This document shows, piece by piece, positions 1 to 8,663 of a DNA stretch of 64,000 bases. The number at the start of each line of letters is the position of its first letter. Position 1 is the first letter of the stretch. The position numbers were made by a program, and so were the translations under genes. Under the pieces are notes generated by a model. It saw only the letters and a list, made by a program, of their open reading frames with translations, was not told where the DNA came from and did not search any database. Source of the DNA: Nitrospirota bacterium (GTDB lineage: Bacteria; Nitrospirota; Thermodesulfovibrionia; Thermodesulfovibrionales; SM23-35); contig JBFLWW010000006.1 of assembly GCA_040757475.1 (NCBI GenBank), forward strand, positions 622-64,621, in the 5' to 3' direction.

Positions 1-156
1 AAGATGGGATTAAGACCAATACTCGACCTCGATTTAAGGCTTGGTGAAGGCACAGGAGCCGCTCTCGCAATGCTCATGATTGAAGCAGGGCTTAAGATTT
101 ACAAGGAGATGGCGACCTTTGGAGAGGCAGGAGTGTCGAAAAAGAATAACCAATAA
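1..156 (+). CDS. cobT: Nicotinate-nucleotide--dimethylbenzimidazole phosphoribosyltransferase CobT, 3' end (partial at window edge)
   Basis: Frame 1 is open from base 1 to TAA at 154-156. It translates to ...[36 protein letters not shown], which looks like a CobT C-terminus. cobS and cobC follow. Confidence 0.75.
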   Translation, partial: KMGLRPILDLDLRLGEGTGAALAMLMIEAGLKIYKEMATFGEAGVSKKNNQ

Positions 157-232
157 CCAAATCACAATAACCAGACATTTTGGAATTTGGTCATTGGAAT
201 TTATTTGGTTATCGGTGCTTGGTCATTGGAAT
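145..232. repeat. Two oppositely oriented heptamer arrays: (AATAACC)n at 145-172 and (TTGGNNN)n at 180-232
   Basis: Left array reads aataacc aataacc aaatcac aataacc. Right array reads ttggaat ttggtca ttggaat ... ttggtta tcggtgc ttggtca ttggaat. ttggtta is the reverse complement of taaccaa. Confidence 0.8.
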
Positions 233-237
233 TTAAT

Positions 238-1026
238 ATGAGACAATTGCTTCTTGCAATTCAGTTTCTTACGATTATACCGATAAGGATGAATATATCG
301 GTTAGCGAGGCTGATATTGCAAGAAGCTCGTCTGCCTTTGTAGTGGTCGGACTTTTTCAGGGCCTATTGCTTATAGCTACAGACTATGTATTCGGTATGG
401 TCTTTCATCCTGACCTTGTTATAGGGATAATCCTTCTTGTGCTTGTCTTATCTAATGGAGGATTTCATCTCGATGGGCTTGCAGACACCTTTGATGCCAT
501 TGCAGCAAGAGAAGATAAGGAGAAAAAACTCTTGATAATGAAGGACGGGACAACAGGACCAATTGGTGTAATAGCGATCGTTTTCTCACTGGCTATAAAA
601 TATCTCGCTTTAAAGAATTTATCACATTTTTTGACCTTTACTTACTATTTATCCCTTTTTCTAATGCCAATATTATCGAAATGGGCAATGGTTATAGCAA
701 TGTTTTATGGTAAACCAGCGAGAGAAAATGGACTTGGAAGGATTTTTATAAACAGAATCGGGTTAAAAGAGATTGCTGTTTCCACCTCGATACTACTTTT
801 GTGGTTAGTATTACCGCTGATACTCTTCAGCCAATATGTATCAAAAAGCCAGTATATTTTTTATACGGTTTTACTGTTAGTGCTATATATATTCAGTCGT
901 GTATGGGTCAATTTCTTCGATAAAAAATTTTGCGGTCTTACTGGAGATACACTCGGTGCAATCAGTGAGATTACTGAAATAATCTTTTTATTAATGGTGA
1001 TTACATGGTCACGACTCTTTATCTAA
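238..1026 (+). CDS. cobS: Adenosylcobinamide-GDP ribazoletransferase (cobalamin synthase)
   Basis: Lies in ORF 187-1026. ATG at 238 gives MRQLLLAIQFLTIIPI... with HLDGLADTFD and a polytopic membrane profile. The upstream part of the ORF is heptamer-repeat DNA. Confidence 0.85.
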   Translation: MRQLLLAIQFLTIIPIRMNISVSEADIARSSSAFVVVGLFQGLLLIATDYVFGMVFHPDLVIGIILLVLVLSNGGFHLDGLADTFDAIAAREDKEKKLLIMKDGTTGPIGVIAIVFSLAIKYLALKNLSHFLTFTYYLSLFLMPILSKWAMVIAMFYGKPARENGLGRIFINRIGLKEIAVSTSILLLWLVLPLILFSQYVSKSQYIFYTVLLLVLYIFSRVWVNFFDKKFCGLTGDTLGAISEITEIIFLLMVITWSRLFI

Positions 1027-1595
1027 TAAGACATGGACAGATCCTCTACCACGACGAGTGGAGATTTACAGGACATCTGGATATTGAAATGGATGAGATA
1101 GGTATCAGCCAGTTATATACAATAGCGGATCATCTATCAAGATATACAATCAGGGCTGTTTACTCAAGCGATTTAAAGCGTTCTTTAAAAGGTGCAGCGA
1201 TAATTGCAAGGAAATTGAATATTAGCTTACTTATTAATCCATCCTTCAGGGAGCTTTCCTTCGGGGAGTGGGAAGGGTTGAAGATAGAAGAGATTTCAGA
1301 AACTATACCTGATGATTTAACCGATTTCAGATTCGGCGGAGGGGAGACGATCAGAGAACTTCAACAACGGGTTATCTCCGCTCTAAAGGGAATCATAACA
1401 AGGCACAAGGGTGAAGGGATAGCGTTAATTGGTCATGGCGGTGTAAATAGAGTCATCTTACTCGATGCCCTCCGCATGGAACTAAAAAACTTTTACAGGA
1501 TAAAGCAGGAGTATGGATGCCTGAATATCATCGAGTATGCAGACGATGGATTTGCATCTGTGAGATTAATAAACGGAGGGCCGAATTTAGAATAA
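1005..1595 (+). CDS. cobC: Alpha-ribazole phosphatase / histidine phosphatase family
   Basis: N-terminal LYLIRHGQ (RHG motif) and later IGHGG. Overlaps the cobS stop and sits in a cob gene context. Confidence 0.75.
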   Translation: MVTTLYLIRHGQILYHDEWRFTGHLDIEMDEIGISQLYTIADHLSRYTIRAVYSSDLKRSLKGAAIIARKLNISLLINPSFRELSFGEWEGLKIEEISETIPDDLTDFRFGGGETIRELQQRVISALKGIITRHKGEGIALIGHGGVNRVILLDALRMELKNFYRIKQEYGCLNIIEYADDGFASVRLINGGPNLE

Positions 1596-1603
1596 GGGGG
1601 TTT

Positions 1604-2371
1604 ATGCCCAGAACATTGATGATACAGGGGACTGGCTCAGGAGTAAGCAAGAGCTTTATTGTTGCGGGTCTCTGCAGGATACTGAGAGACATGGGGATTA
1701 ATGTTGCACCTTTTAAGGCACAGAACATGGCATTGAATTCTTTCATAACAAGAGAGGGCGGTGAGATAGGCCGTGCGCAGGCGCTTCAGGCAGAGGCAGC
1801 AAGGATTGAGCCTTCAGTGGATATGAACCCGATATTACTGAAGGCATCAGGCGAGACAGGCTGTCAGGTGATTATTAATGGCAAAGTCCATTCGAACATG
1901 AAGGCAACGGAGTATTATCTCTTCAAGAAAGAGGCATGGATTGCTGTAACTCAGGCTTATGAAAGGTTATCAAAAAGACATGACCTTATTGTCATTGAGG
2001 GTACAGGAGGCCCTGCAGAGATTAACCTTATGGATGACGAGATAGTTAATATGAGGGTTGCACGCTATGCAGATGCACCTATAATCCTTGCAGGAGACAT
2101 CGATAAAGGAGGGGTCTTCGCATCTTTATATGGGACAATAGAGCTTTTAAAGGATAGTTCAAACAGTTTATGTGATGCTGATTATATCAAGGCATTCATA
2201 ATCAATAAATTTAGAGGAGACATATCTATCCTTAACCCAGGACTTACTATGATACATGAAAAAACAGGTAGGCCTGTTATCGGAGTAATCCCATACCTTG
2301 GTGACCTCGGACTTCATGAAGAAGATGGGATACCTCTTGAAAGACTTAAGGGTTCAAGGGTTCAAAAATAA
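1604..2371 (+). CDS. cobQ: Cobyric acid synthase CobQ/CbiP, N-terminal ATPase-like part (split gene)
   Basis: ATG at 1604 gives MPRTLMIQGTGSGVSKSFIVAGLCRIL..NVAPFKAQNMALNS, a typical CobQ N-terminus. The frame ends at TAA 2369-2371, just after an 8-nt tandem duplication. Confidence 0.8.
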   Translation: MPRTLMIQGTGSGVSKSFIVAGLCRILRDMGINVAPFKAQNMALNSFITREGGEIGRAQALQAEAARIEPSVDMNPILLKASGETGCQVIINGKVHSNMKATEYYLFKKEAWIAVTQAYERLSKRHDLIVIEGTGGPAEINLMDDEIVNMRVARYADAPIILAGDIDKGGVFASLYGTIELLKDSSNSLCDADYIKAFIINKFRGDISILNPGLTMIHEKTGRPVIGVIPYLGDLGLHEEDGIPLERLKGSRVQK

Positions 2372-2379
2372 AGATCGTA

Positions 2380-3135
2380 GTGGTGCAATTGAGATATATT
2401 TCTAACTTCACAGACTTTGACACCTTTATGTATGAGCCTGATGTTGAATTGATTTATTCTCTGCGGGATAGAGATATTGAGAGCGCTGACTTAATCATCA
2501 TTCCTGGCTCTAAGAATACTATGAAAGACCTCCTATTTCTGAGAGAAAATGGTATAGAAGAAACCGTAAAAAGGACAGTAGAAAAGGGAATCTCGCTCAT
2601 AGGCATCTGTGGCGGCTATCAGATGCTCGGGGGAAAGATATATGACCCATTCAATGTAGAAAGCATTCATAAGGAGGTGGAAGGATTTGGGCTTCTTGAT
2701 ATAGAAACAACAATTCAAAATACAAAAATAACATCCCAGGTAGAAGCCCCCGTTATCCCTCACCGTTTTCCGTTTGCCGTCACGGACAACGGACACGAAT
2801 CACGACTAAAGGGCTACGAGATTCATATGGGTGAGACAACAGGCGATATTGGTTTGTTCAGTCTTTCACGCCTCACGCCCTACGATTCACGCCTAACGGT
2901 TATCATGGATGGTTCTGCAAAAGGCAATGTCGGGGGAACTTATATTCATGGAATATTTGATAATGACCGATTCAGACGTAGCCTCATAAATTCTTTACGG
3001 GTTAAAAAAGGATTAAAACCAACAGAAGCAACTGTGGATTATTCAAAATTAAGGGACAATGGTATCAATAGATGGGCAAAGATATTAAAGGAGAGTATAG
3101 ATTTGGCGTTTATAGAAAGACTCATAAGGATTTAA
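2380..3135 (+). CDS. cobQ: Cobyric acid synthase CobQ/CbiP, C-terminal glutamine amidotransferase part (split gene)
   Basis: This frame is open from 2350. It reads ...KIVVVQLRYISNFTDFD, GICGGYQMLG and YIHGIF, matching the type-1 GATase domain of CobQ. Confidence 0.8.
   Translation: MVQLRYISNFTDFDTFMYEPDVELIYSLRDRDIESADLIIIPGSKNTMKDLLFLRENGIEETVKRTVEKGISLIGICGGYQMLGGKIYDPFNVESIHKEVEGFGLLDIETTIQNTKITSQVEAPVIPHRFPFAVTDNGHESRLKGYEIHMGETTGDIGLFSLSRLTPYDSRLTVIMDGSAKGNVGGTYIHGIFDNDRFRRSLINSLRVKKGLKPTEATVDYSKLRDNGINRWAKILKESIDLAFIERLIRI
2761..2809. repeat. Heptamer array inside cobQ
   Basis: caccgtt ttccgtt tgccgtc acggaca acggaca cgaatca cgactaa. The ccgt and acgg halves are complementary. Confidence 0.7.
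2865..2899. repeat. Heptamer array inside cobQ
   Basis: ttcacgc ctcacgc cctacga ttcacgc ctaacgg. Confidence 0.75.
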
Positions 3136-3136
3136 G

Positions 3137-4189
3137 ATGGAGCAGACCACTCAATATTTTTACTCATTACTTACTACTAATTACTCATTACTGGTTCTTG
3201 CCTACTTCCTTGACATCGCTATTGGAGACCCGAAGTGGCTCCCTCATCCTGTAAGGATTATGGGCAGGGCAATAACATCGCTTGAAGATTTCCTAAGATT
3301 TAGTATACAGAGCATAGAGCAAGGAGCCAAGAGCAAAGAAAACTTTGAAAAACTGGCAGGGGTTTTTCTCGTTATGGTTATAATAGGTCTTACTTATGGC
3401 TTATCTTATATTATTGATTCAGCACTTCTTACTTCCCACTTCTCACTTCTCACCTCTTACTTTTCACTCTTAGTGATGGTTTATCTAATATCAACCACAC
3501 TGGCAACGAAAGGGCTTATAGACTCTGCACGCACTGTAATAGAGGCTTTAAAGAGCAGAAATATCGAGGCAGCACGAGAAAATCTCCATCACATTGTGGG
3601 CCGAGACACAGATTCACCTGATGAGAAAGGCGTGCTCAGAGCAACAATAGAAAGCCTTGCTGAGAATGCATCCGATGGAATAATAGCACCGCTTTTTTAT
3701 TTTGCAATTGGAGGTCTACCATTAGCAATGACTTATAAGGCAATAAACACAATGGATTCTATGGTCGGCTATAAAAATGGAAGATACAGGTATTTTGGCT
3801 GGGCAGCAGCAAGGCTCGATGATATCGCCAATTATATCCCTGCAAGGATAACAGGTGTATTGGTTGCTACGGCGTCCTCTATCCTCAACTGGTCACTAAA
3901 AATAATGCTTCGTGATGGCAGAAAACATCCAAGCCCAAACAGTGGTGTGCCTGAGGCTGCGATGGCTTGCGCCCTTGGGATAAGGCTCGGAGGGTCATCG
4001 ACATACGGAGGGATAGTGGTTAATAAACCATATATCGGCATAGATAAGTCAGGAGTCAGCCCTGAATCAAGTTCAGGGCAGGAGTTACTTTTAAGTACTT
4101 CTGAAACAGCCATCTCTGTTGTTAAGCTCACTTCTGTCCTTGGACTTGGGCTTTCAATAATATTTCAGTATGTGAGGATTATGATATGA
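3137..4189 (+). CDS. cbiB: Adenosylcobinamide-phosphate synthase CbiB
   Basis: LDIAIGDPKWLPHPVRIMGRAI and NASDGIIAPLFYFAIGG are CbiB/CobD-family motifs. The protein looks membrane-bound. Confidence 0.85.
   Translation: MEQTTQYFYSLLTTNYSLLVLAYFLDIAIGDPKWLPHPVRIMGRAITSLEDFLRFSIQSIEQGAKSKENFEKLAGVFLVMVIIGLTYGLSYIIDSALLTSHFSLLTSYFSLLVMVYLISTTLATKGLIDSARTVIEALKSRNIEAARENLHHIVGRDTDSPDEKGVLRATIESLAENASDGIIAPLFYFAIGGLPLAMTYKAINTMDSMVGYKNGRYRYFGWAAARLDDIANYIPARITGVLVATASSILNWSLKIMLRDGRKHPSPNSGVPEAAMACALGIRLGGSSTYGGIVVNKPYIGIDKSGVSPESSSGQELLLSTSETAISVVKLTSVLGLGLSIIFQYVRIMI
3157..3191. repeat. Heptamer array at the cbiB 5' end
   Basis: tttttac tcattac ttactac taattac tcattac. Confidence 0.7.
3423..3471. 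repeat. Heptamer array inside cbiB (7 units)
   Basis: cacttct tacttcc cacttct cacttct cacctct tactttt cactctt. Encodes LLTSHFSLLTSYFSLL. Confidence 0.85.
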
Positions 4190-5274
4190 AATTCGAGCAT
4201 GGTGGAAACATCTACAGGCTTGCAGAAGAACTTAAGATACAGGAAAGAAAGATAATAGATTTCAGCGCATCCATAAATCCTCTCGGTGTATCGAAAAAGA
4301 TAAAGGCAGAGATACGGAAACACTTGAAATATCTCCATAACTACCCTGACCCTGAGGCAAAAAGATTAAGGAAGTATCTTGCTCAATACCATGGAATCGA
4401 CCCTGAGACAATTCTCTGTGGAAATGGAAGCACCGAACTCATTTATCTGATAATAAGGGCATTAAAGCCTCGAAAAGTTCTTATACCAGCACCAACATTC
4501 TCAGAATATGAAAGGGCATGCAAAATAAGTAACGAGTTACAAGTTACGAGTTACGAGTTAAAACAAGCAGATAATTTTGATATAAATCCTGACGAGTTTA
4601 TCTCTTCACTCCTCACTCCTCACTCCTCACTGCCATGCGACATGGCCTTTCTCTGTAATCCCAATAATCCAACAGGAAGATTACTCAAAAGAGAGGATGT
4701 CGAAAAGATTGCAGATGCAGCAAAAGAGCTTAAATGTTATCTCATTGTTGATGAAGCTTTTATAGACTTTTGCTCTGGAGATTCAATGATAAACAAAGTC
4801 CAGAATAATCCTTACCTTATTGTCTTAAGGTCTATGACAAAATTTTATGCCATTTCCGGTTTAAGGATTGGATATGGTGTATTCCCTCAGCATCTCATCC
4901 ACAGGCTGAAAGAGTATAAAGAACCATGGACGGTAAACAGCCTTGCACAGAGGGCAGCAGTGGTGGCACTTAAAGACAAGGTGTATAAAAATGAGACATT
5001 TAAATTGATGAGAGAAGAGAAAAGATTTCTTGAAAAGGGTTTTAAGAGATTGGATATAGAATTTTCCCCTTCCGATACTAATTTCTATCTTCTTAAACTG
5101 AGTAATGCAAAAAATGCAAAAGAGGTATATCAGAGACTGAAGAAGAGGGGTATACTTCTAAGGGATTGCTCTAATTTCAGAGGTCTTGGGGATACATTTT
5201 TAAGGGTTGCTGTAAAATCCCATAGGGAAAATACAATTTTATTAAAAGAGCTTACAGCGATACTACAGAGTTGA
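4186..5274 (+). CDS. cobD: L-threonine-O-3-phosphate decarboxylase (class I/II aminotransferase fold)
   Basis: MKFEHGGNIY...IDFSASINPLG, CNPNNPTG and SMTKFYAISGLRIGY. ATGA overlap with cbiB and a cob gene context. Confidence 0.8.
   Translation: MKFEHGGNIYRLAEELKIQERKIIDFSASINPLGVSKKIKAEIRKHLKYLHNYPDPEAKRLRKYLAQYHGIDPETILCGNGSTELIYLIIRALKPRKVLIPAPTFSEYERACKISNELQVTSYELKQADNFDINPDEFISSLLTPHSSLPCDMAFLCNPNNPTGRLLKREDVEKIADAAKELKCYLIVDEAFIDFCSGDSMINKVQNNPYLIVLRSMTKFYAISGLRIGYGVFPQHLIHRLKEYKEPWTVNSLAQRAAVVALKDKVYKNETFKLMREEKRFLEKGFKRLDIEFSPSDTNFYLLKLSNAKNAKEVYQRLKKRGILLRDCSNFRGLGDTFLRVAVKSHRENTILLKELTAILQS
4527..4561. repeat. Heptamer array inside cobD
   Basis: aagtaac gagttac aagttac gagttac gagttaa. 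Confidence 0.85.
4606..4633. repeat. Heptamer array inside cobD
   Basis: tcactcc x3 then tcactgc. Read in three frames it gives SLLTPHSSLP. Confidence 0.85.
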
Positions 5275-5344
5275 AAATGGCAAATGAGATGCAGAATATA
5301 AAGACAAGAGATTATGGGGAGGGAGGTGAGAATAGATTTAGAAT

Positions 5345-5575
5345 TTTACTCTATGCTGGCTGGAAGTCAGGGAAGAGGAGTGAGATGCTCCCGCTGCCCC
5401 GCAGCCGTGAAGGGAACGAAAGCCCATAAAACAGTGAATAGTGATTAGTGAATGGTGTCTTTCTAACAACTAAACACTAAAAACTAACTACTGTTTTAAA
5501 ACCACTGGTGGTTTAAAAATCATTGGGAAGGTGGGTGAGTAGATTGTCCTGAGCCGGAAGACCTATCCAGACCTT
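5345..5575 (+). promoter_or_regulatory. Cobalamin (B12) riboswitch
   Basis: GGGAAgaGGaGTGaGAtgCTCCcGCTGCCCCGCAgCcGTGA, then CCACTGGTGG, GGGAAGGTGG and the B12-box-like GAGCCGGAAGACCT. It lies directly upstream of a TonB-dependent receptor and after the cob genes. Confidence 0.85.
5434..5492. repeat. Heptamer arrays within the riboswitch variable region
   Basis: gtgaata gtgatta gtgaatg gtgtctt ... aacaact aaacact aaaaact aactact. Confidence 0.75.
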
Positions 5576-5658
5576 AGAAGTTCACAAACCAAAAATTCTC
5601 GAGGGAGGAAAAAATGAAAGAAAATTTCAAATTTCAAATTATTAAAAATTATCTGCAT

Positions 5659-5700
5659 TTCATTACTTGTCACCTGTCACTTGTCACTTGTCACCTCTCT
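5659..5700. repeat. Heptamer array in the signal-peptide region of the btuB-like gene
   Basis: ttcatta cttgtca cctgtca cttgtca cttgtca cctctct. Units at 5680-5686 and 5687-5693 are identical. Confidence 0.85.
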
Positions 5701-7498
5701 ATTTGCAGAAGAAAAAATAAAACTGGAAGAGGTAGTCGTTATTGTAACGAGGATAGAAGAGGCGGCTGAGGAGACGACAAGCGATGTTGTAGTAATTAAG
5801 GCTGAAGATATAAAAAAGATGAATATCCAGTTTGTGACAGATGTCTTGAGAAAGATTCCAGAGCTAAATCTTATCCAGAGTGGAGGCGCGGGGAAATTAG
5901 CTACAGCCCTCTTGCGCGGTGGTGATTCAACCCATACCCTTGTGATGATAGATGGAGTAAAGGTCAAAAGCACAACCACAGGCTCATTCGATTTTTCAGG
6001 TATCAATGTGGATGACATTGAAAGGATTGAGATAGTAAAAGGACCACAGAGTACCTTCTATGGTTCAGAGGCAATGGCAGGGGTCATAAATATCATCACA
6101 AAGAAGGAAGAAGGTAAGCCAAAGATAGATGTATCTTTTGAGTCAGGCGCATACGGAATGTATAAACCATCCCTGACAGTGTCAGGTGGGAATAAAAAAT
6201 TAGACTACAGACTCACAGGAACATATTTTTATACCGATGGCATATCAGCCGCAAAGCAAGGCACAGAGAAGGATGGATATAAAAATACCTCTATCTCAGG
6301 AAAATTCGGGTTTAGACCAGTCGAGAGACTGGAGTTAGAACTCTCAGGTAAATATTATTATGACCGTTCTGAGCTGGATTTCGGCACAGATAGGGACGAC
6401 CCAAATTATATTCAACGCGAGAATCATTACATTGTTTCTGGCAAGGGAAAATTTTATCTGATAGATATATGGGAACAGATTTTGACTCTTTCAACAGTTA
6501 AGGACATTCTAAAAGTTAGAGACCCTGATGACACTTTGGGATGGTATAGCTCTGATATCACTACAGGTGTAGACATAATTGATTGGCAACATAATCTTTA
6601 TATTTCAGATAGTTATACATTAACAGCAGGTATGGAGTATAGAAAAGAGAAAGGAGAAAGCATTGAATCGCCTACAGGAGTATTACGGTTTGACAAGTCT
6701 ATAGATAATAAAGCCCTGTATCTCAACAATAAGCTAAAGCTCTTCAAAGAAGATGTTGTATTTAATGCTGGTTTGAGATATGACGACCATGAGACATTCG
6801 GCAGTAAGACAACTTACAGAATTGGAGCAGTATACAATATCAAGCCTGCAGCATTGAGAATCAAAAGCAGTTATGGAACAGGCTTTAGGGCACCAACACT
6901 TAATGAGCTCTTTTATCAGGACCCATGGGGCAGTAGCGGAAATTTAAATTTAAGGCCTGAAAGATGCACTTCATGGGAAGTCGGCGTTGAAAAAGATATC
7001 ATTAAGCTTGCAATAATCAGCCTGACATATTTCAATCAGGACTATAAAGACCTCATTCAATGGGTTGAAGTAGCTCCATGGACATGGCAGCCACAAAATG
7101 TCGTAAAAGCTAAGATAAAGGGTATTGAGGCAACTGCCAGCCTCAAGGTAACAGAGAGTCTTAGCGTAAAAGCAGGCTATACTTACTTAGATACAGAAAA
7201 CAGGGCAACAGGCAGGAGGCTTTTAAGAAGGCCAGAGGATAAGTTTAATATCTCCGCCAGACTTTCGGATAAGAAATACTCCTTCATCGCTGATTATACA
7301 TTTGTAGGAAAGAGAGACGATTCCCAAACAAAACTTGCTTCCTATAGCATGGTTAATCTCAGTGGAAGCTATAATATAACAAAGACCCTGATTCTTTTTG
7401 CGAGGGTTGAGAACCTACTTGATGAAGACTATGAAGAGGCTGGCGGCTATGGAACGCCAGGACTTTCCATCTTTGGAGGTATCAGAATATCTCTTTAA
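5681..7498 (+). CDS. btuB: TonB-dependent outer-membrane receptor, BtuB-like (5' end unresolved)
   Basis: Plug-domain motifs (VVVIVTRIEE.., LLRGGDSTHTLVMIDGV, IEIVKGPQSTFYGSEA) and a C-terminal barrel ending ...GGIRISL. It sits behind a B12 riboswitch. The only ATG with an SD (5614; GGGAGG at 5603-5608) is one nt out of frame. The listed start is a TTG with no signal peptide. Confidence 0.8.
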   Translation: MSLVTSLFAEEKIKLEEVVVIVTRIEEAAEETTSDVVVIKAEDIKKMNIQFVTDVLRKIPELNLIQSGGAGKLATALLRGGDSTHTLVMIDGVKVKSTTTGSFDFSGINVDDIERIEIVKGPQSTFYGSEAMAGVINIITKKEEGKPKIDVSFESGAYGMYKPSLTVSGGNKKLDYRLTGTYFYTDGISAAKQGTEKDGYKNTSISGKFGFRPVERLELELSGKYYYDRSELDFGTDRDDPNYIQRENHYIVSGKGKFYLIDIWEQILTLSTVKDILKVRDPDDTLGWYSSDITTGVDIIDWQHNLYISDSYTLTAGMEYRKEKGESIESPTGVLRFDKSIDNKALYLNNKLKLFKEDVVFNAGLRYDDHETFGSKTTYRIGAVYNIKPAALRIKSSYGTGFRAPTLNELFYQDPWGSSGNLNLRPERCTSWEVGVEKDIIKLAIISLTYFNQDYKDLIQWVEVAPWTWQPQNVVKAKIKGIEATASLKVTESLSVKAGYTYLDTENRATGRRLLRRPEDKFNISARLSDKKYSFIADYTFVGKRDDSQTKLASYSMVNLSGSYNITKTLILFARVENLLDEDYEEAGGYGTPGLSIFGGIRISL

Positions 7499-7522
7499 AA
7501 CTCAATGAGATGATGTCAGCAG

Positions 7523-7552
7523 AGCTGGGGCAATTCATGAATTGCCCCAGCT
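7523..7552. terminator. Perfect palindrome between convergent genes (candidate bidirectional terminator)
   Basis: agctggggcaattc-at-gaattgccccagct, with 14-nt arms. No clear T-tract follows. Confidence 0.45.
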
Positions 7553-7566
7553 TCATGGTCACCACG

Positions 7567-8460
7567 TTATAGAATGCTACTGAATCTTTCTATTGACTTG
7601 ATTATCATATCTCTCGCATCCTTATCAAATAATATTTGTGCATGGTTAAATCCAAAATTGTGGTGTTCATTGCACCAGGGAATCCTTGAGCTCTCTGCTG
7701 ATACCAGACCATCTCCTTTTCCCTTTTTTATTTCTTCAGGATAAAGATTTTTAGGAACCACCTTCTCTAAGACCTCGGGTATAGAGAAATTGTAAAGACT
7801 GAAAAGCGTCGGGTCTGTACCTCCAACTGAGATATAATATACACCATCAAGTGGTCCGTCCTTCAAGGATCTTAAAAAATACGATCCAGGAAGAAGCTCT
7901 TTAAGTGCCTTACTCTTGAGAAAATCAATGACCCGCCTTATTGTAAAGGAAAGCGTGCCTTTATCACCATACGGGAAAAGAGGACCTATTACAGAAACAA
8001 GTGGAAATAAATAATTGGCAATCCTGGCTATAGAACTCCCCTTGTGGGGTGTGGAAATCGTTACAAGACCTCGTATTGACCTATCTTTTCTCAGGAGATA
8101 CTTCCTTCCAATAAGTCCACCTCTGCTATGGCCGATGAGCACAATACCAGCCCTTGTTATCTTATTCGCAATCCTCACAATCTCCTTTAATTCTGAGACA
8201 GCAGAATCTATTGGCCCTGCAGGCCTTTCCTGAGTCCATGTTATTACAGTATAATTTTTAAGCCTGAGGTCTTCGAAGAGGGTCTTCAGTGTTTTCATAG
8301 AAGGTCTTTTCCTAAGAATGGAAGTCAGAGGAAACATTCCTCCGAGAATGCGAGAGTTAGAAGGATTCACCCAGATATTTTTATCCATGCCAAGGCCGTG
8401 TATAAAAATAATAGCAGGTTTGTCAACGCTACCTTCATGGAATTCAATATCAAGATTCAT
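7567..8460 (-). CDS. Alpha/beta-fold hydrolase (lipase/esterase-like)
   Basis: IFIHGLGMD (oxyanion region) and the GHSRGG nucleophile elbow. Confidence 0.65.
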   Translation of the reverse strand: MNLDIEFHEGSVDKPAIIFIHGLGMDKNIWVNPSNSRILGGMFPLTSILRKRPSMKTLKTLFEDLRLKNYTVITWTQERPAGPIDSAVSELKEIVRIANKITRAGIVLIGHSRGGLIGRKYLLRKDRSIRGLVTISTPHKGSSIARIANYLFPLVSVIGPLFPYGDKGTLSFTIRRVIDFLKSKALKELLPGSYFLRSLKDGPLDGVYYISVGGTDPTLFSLYNFSIPEVLEKVVPKNLYPEEIKKGKGDGLVSAESSRIPWCNEHHNFGFNHAQILFDKDARDMIIKSIERFSSIL

Positions 8461-8563
8461 AGCCTATTATATTCTTGTAACCTCCACCATGCAAAATAAT
8501 TTCATGACTGTCTAATTAAGCAAGCCTCAAACTTAGAATTTATAGGTTATCTAAAGTTACAAC

Positions 8564-8593
8564 TTGAAAAAATAACCCTCCATTTTTTATACT
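8564..8593 (+). promoter_or_regulatory. Candidate sigma70-type promoter
   Basis: TTGAAA at 8564-8569, an 18-nt spacer, then TATACT at 8588-8593. About 70 nt upstream of the CGGC gene. Confidence 0.3.
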
Positions 8594-8663
8594 TTATCAG
8601 TTTTTTAGCCCCAGTGTGCCGAAAACTATTTGATTTTAAAAGATATTTTGAAAGGAGGTTTTT

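Noticed and set aside
5614-5769. 51-aa ORF from the SD-linked ATG considered as an independent leader peptide
   Set aside because: Its sequence merges into the receptor signal-peptide region and is mostly repeat-encoded. A frame error or slippage in the receptor gene explains it better, although a leader peptide cannot be excluded.
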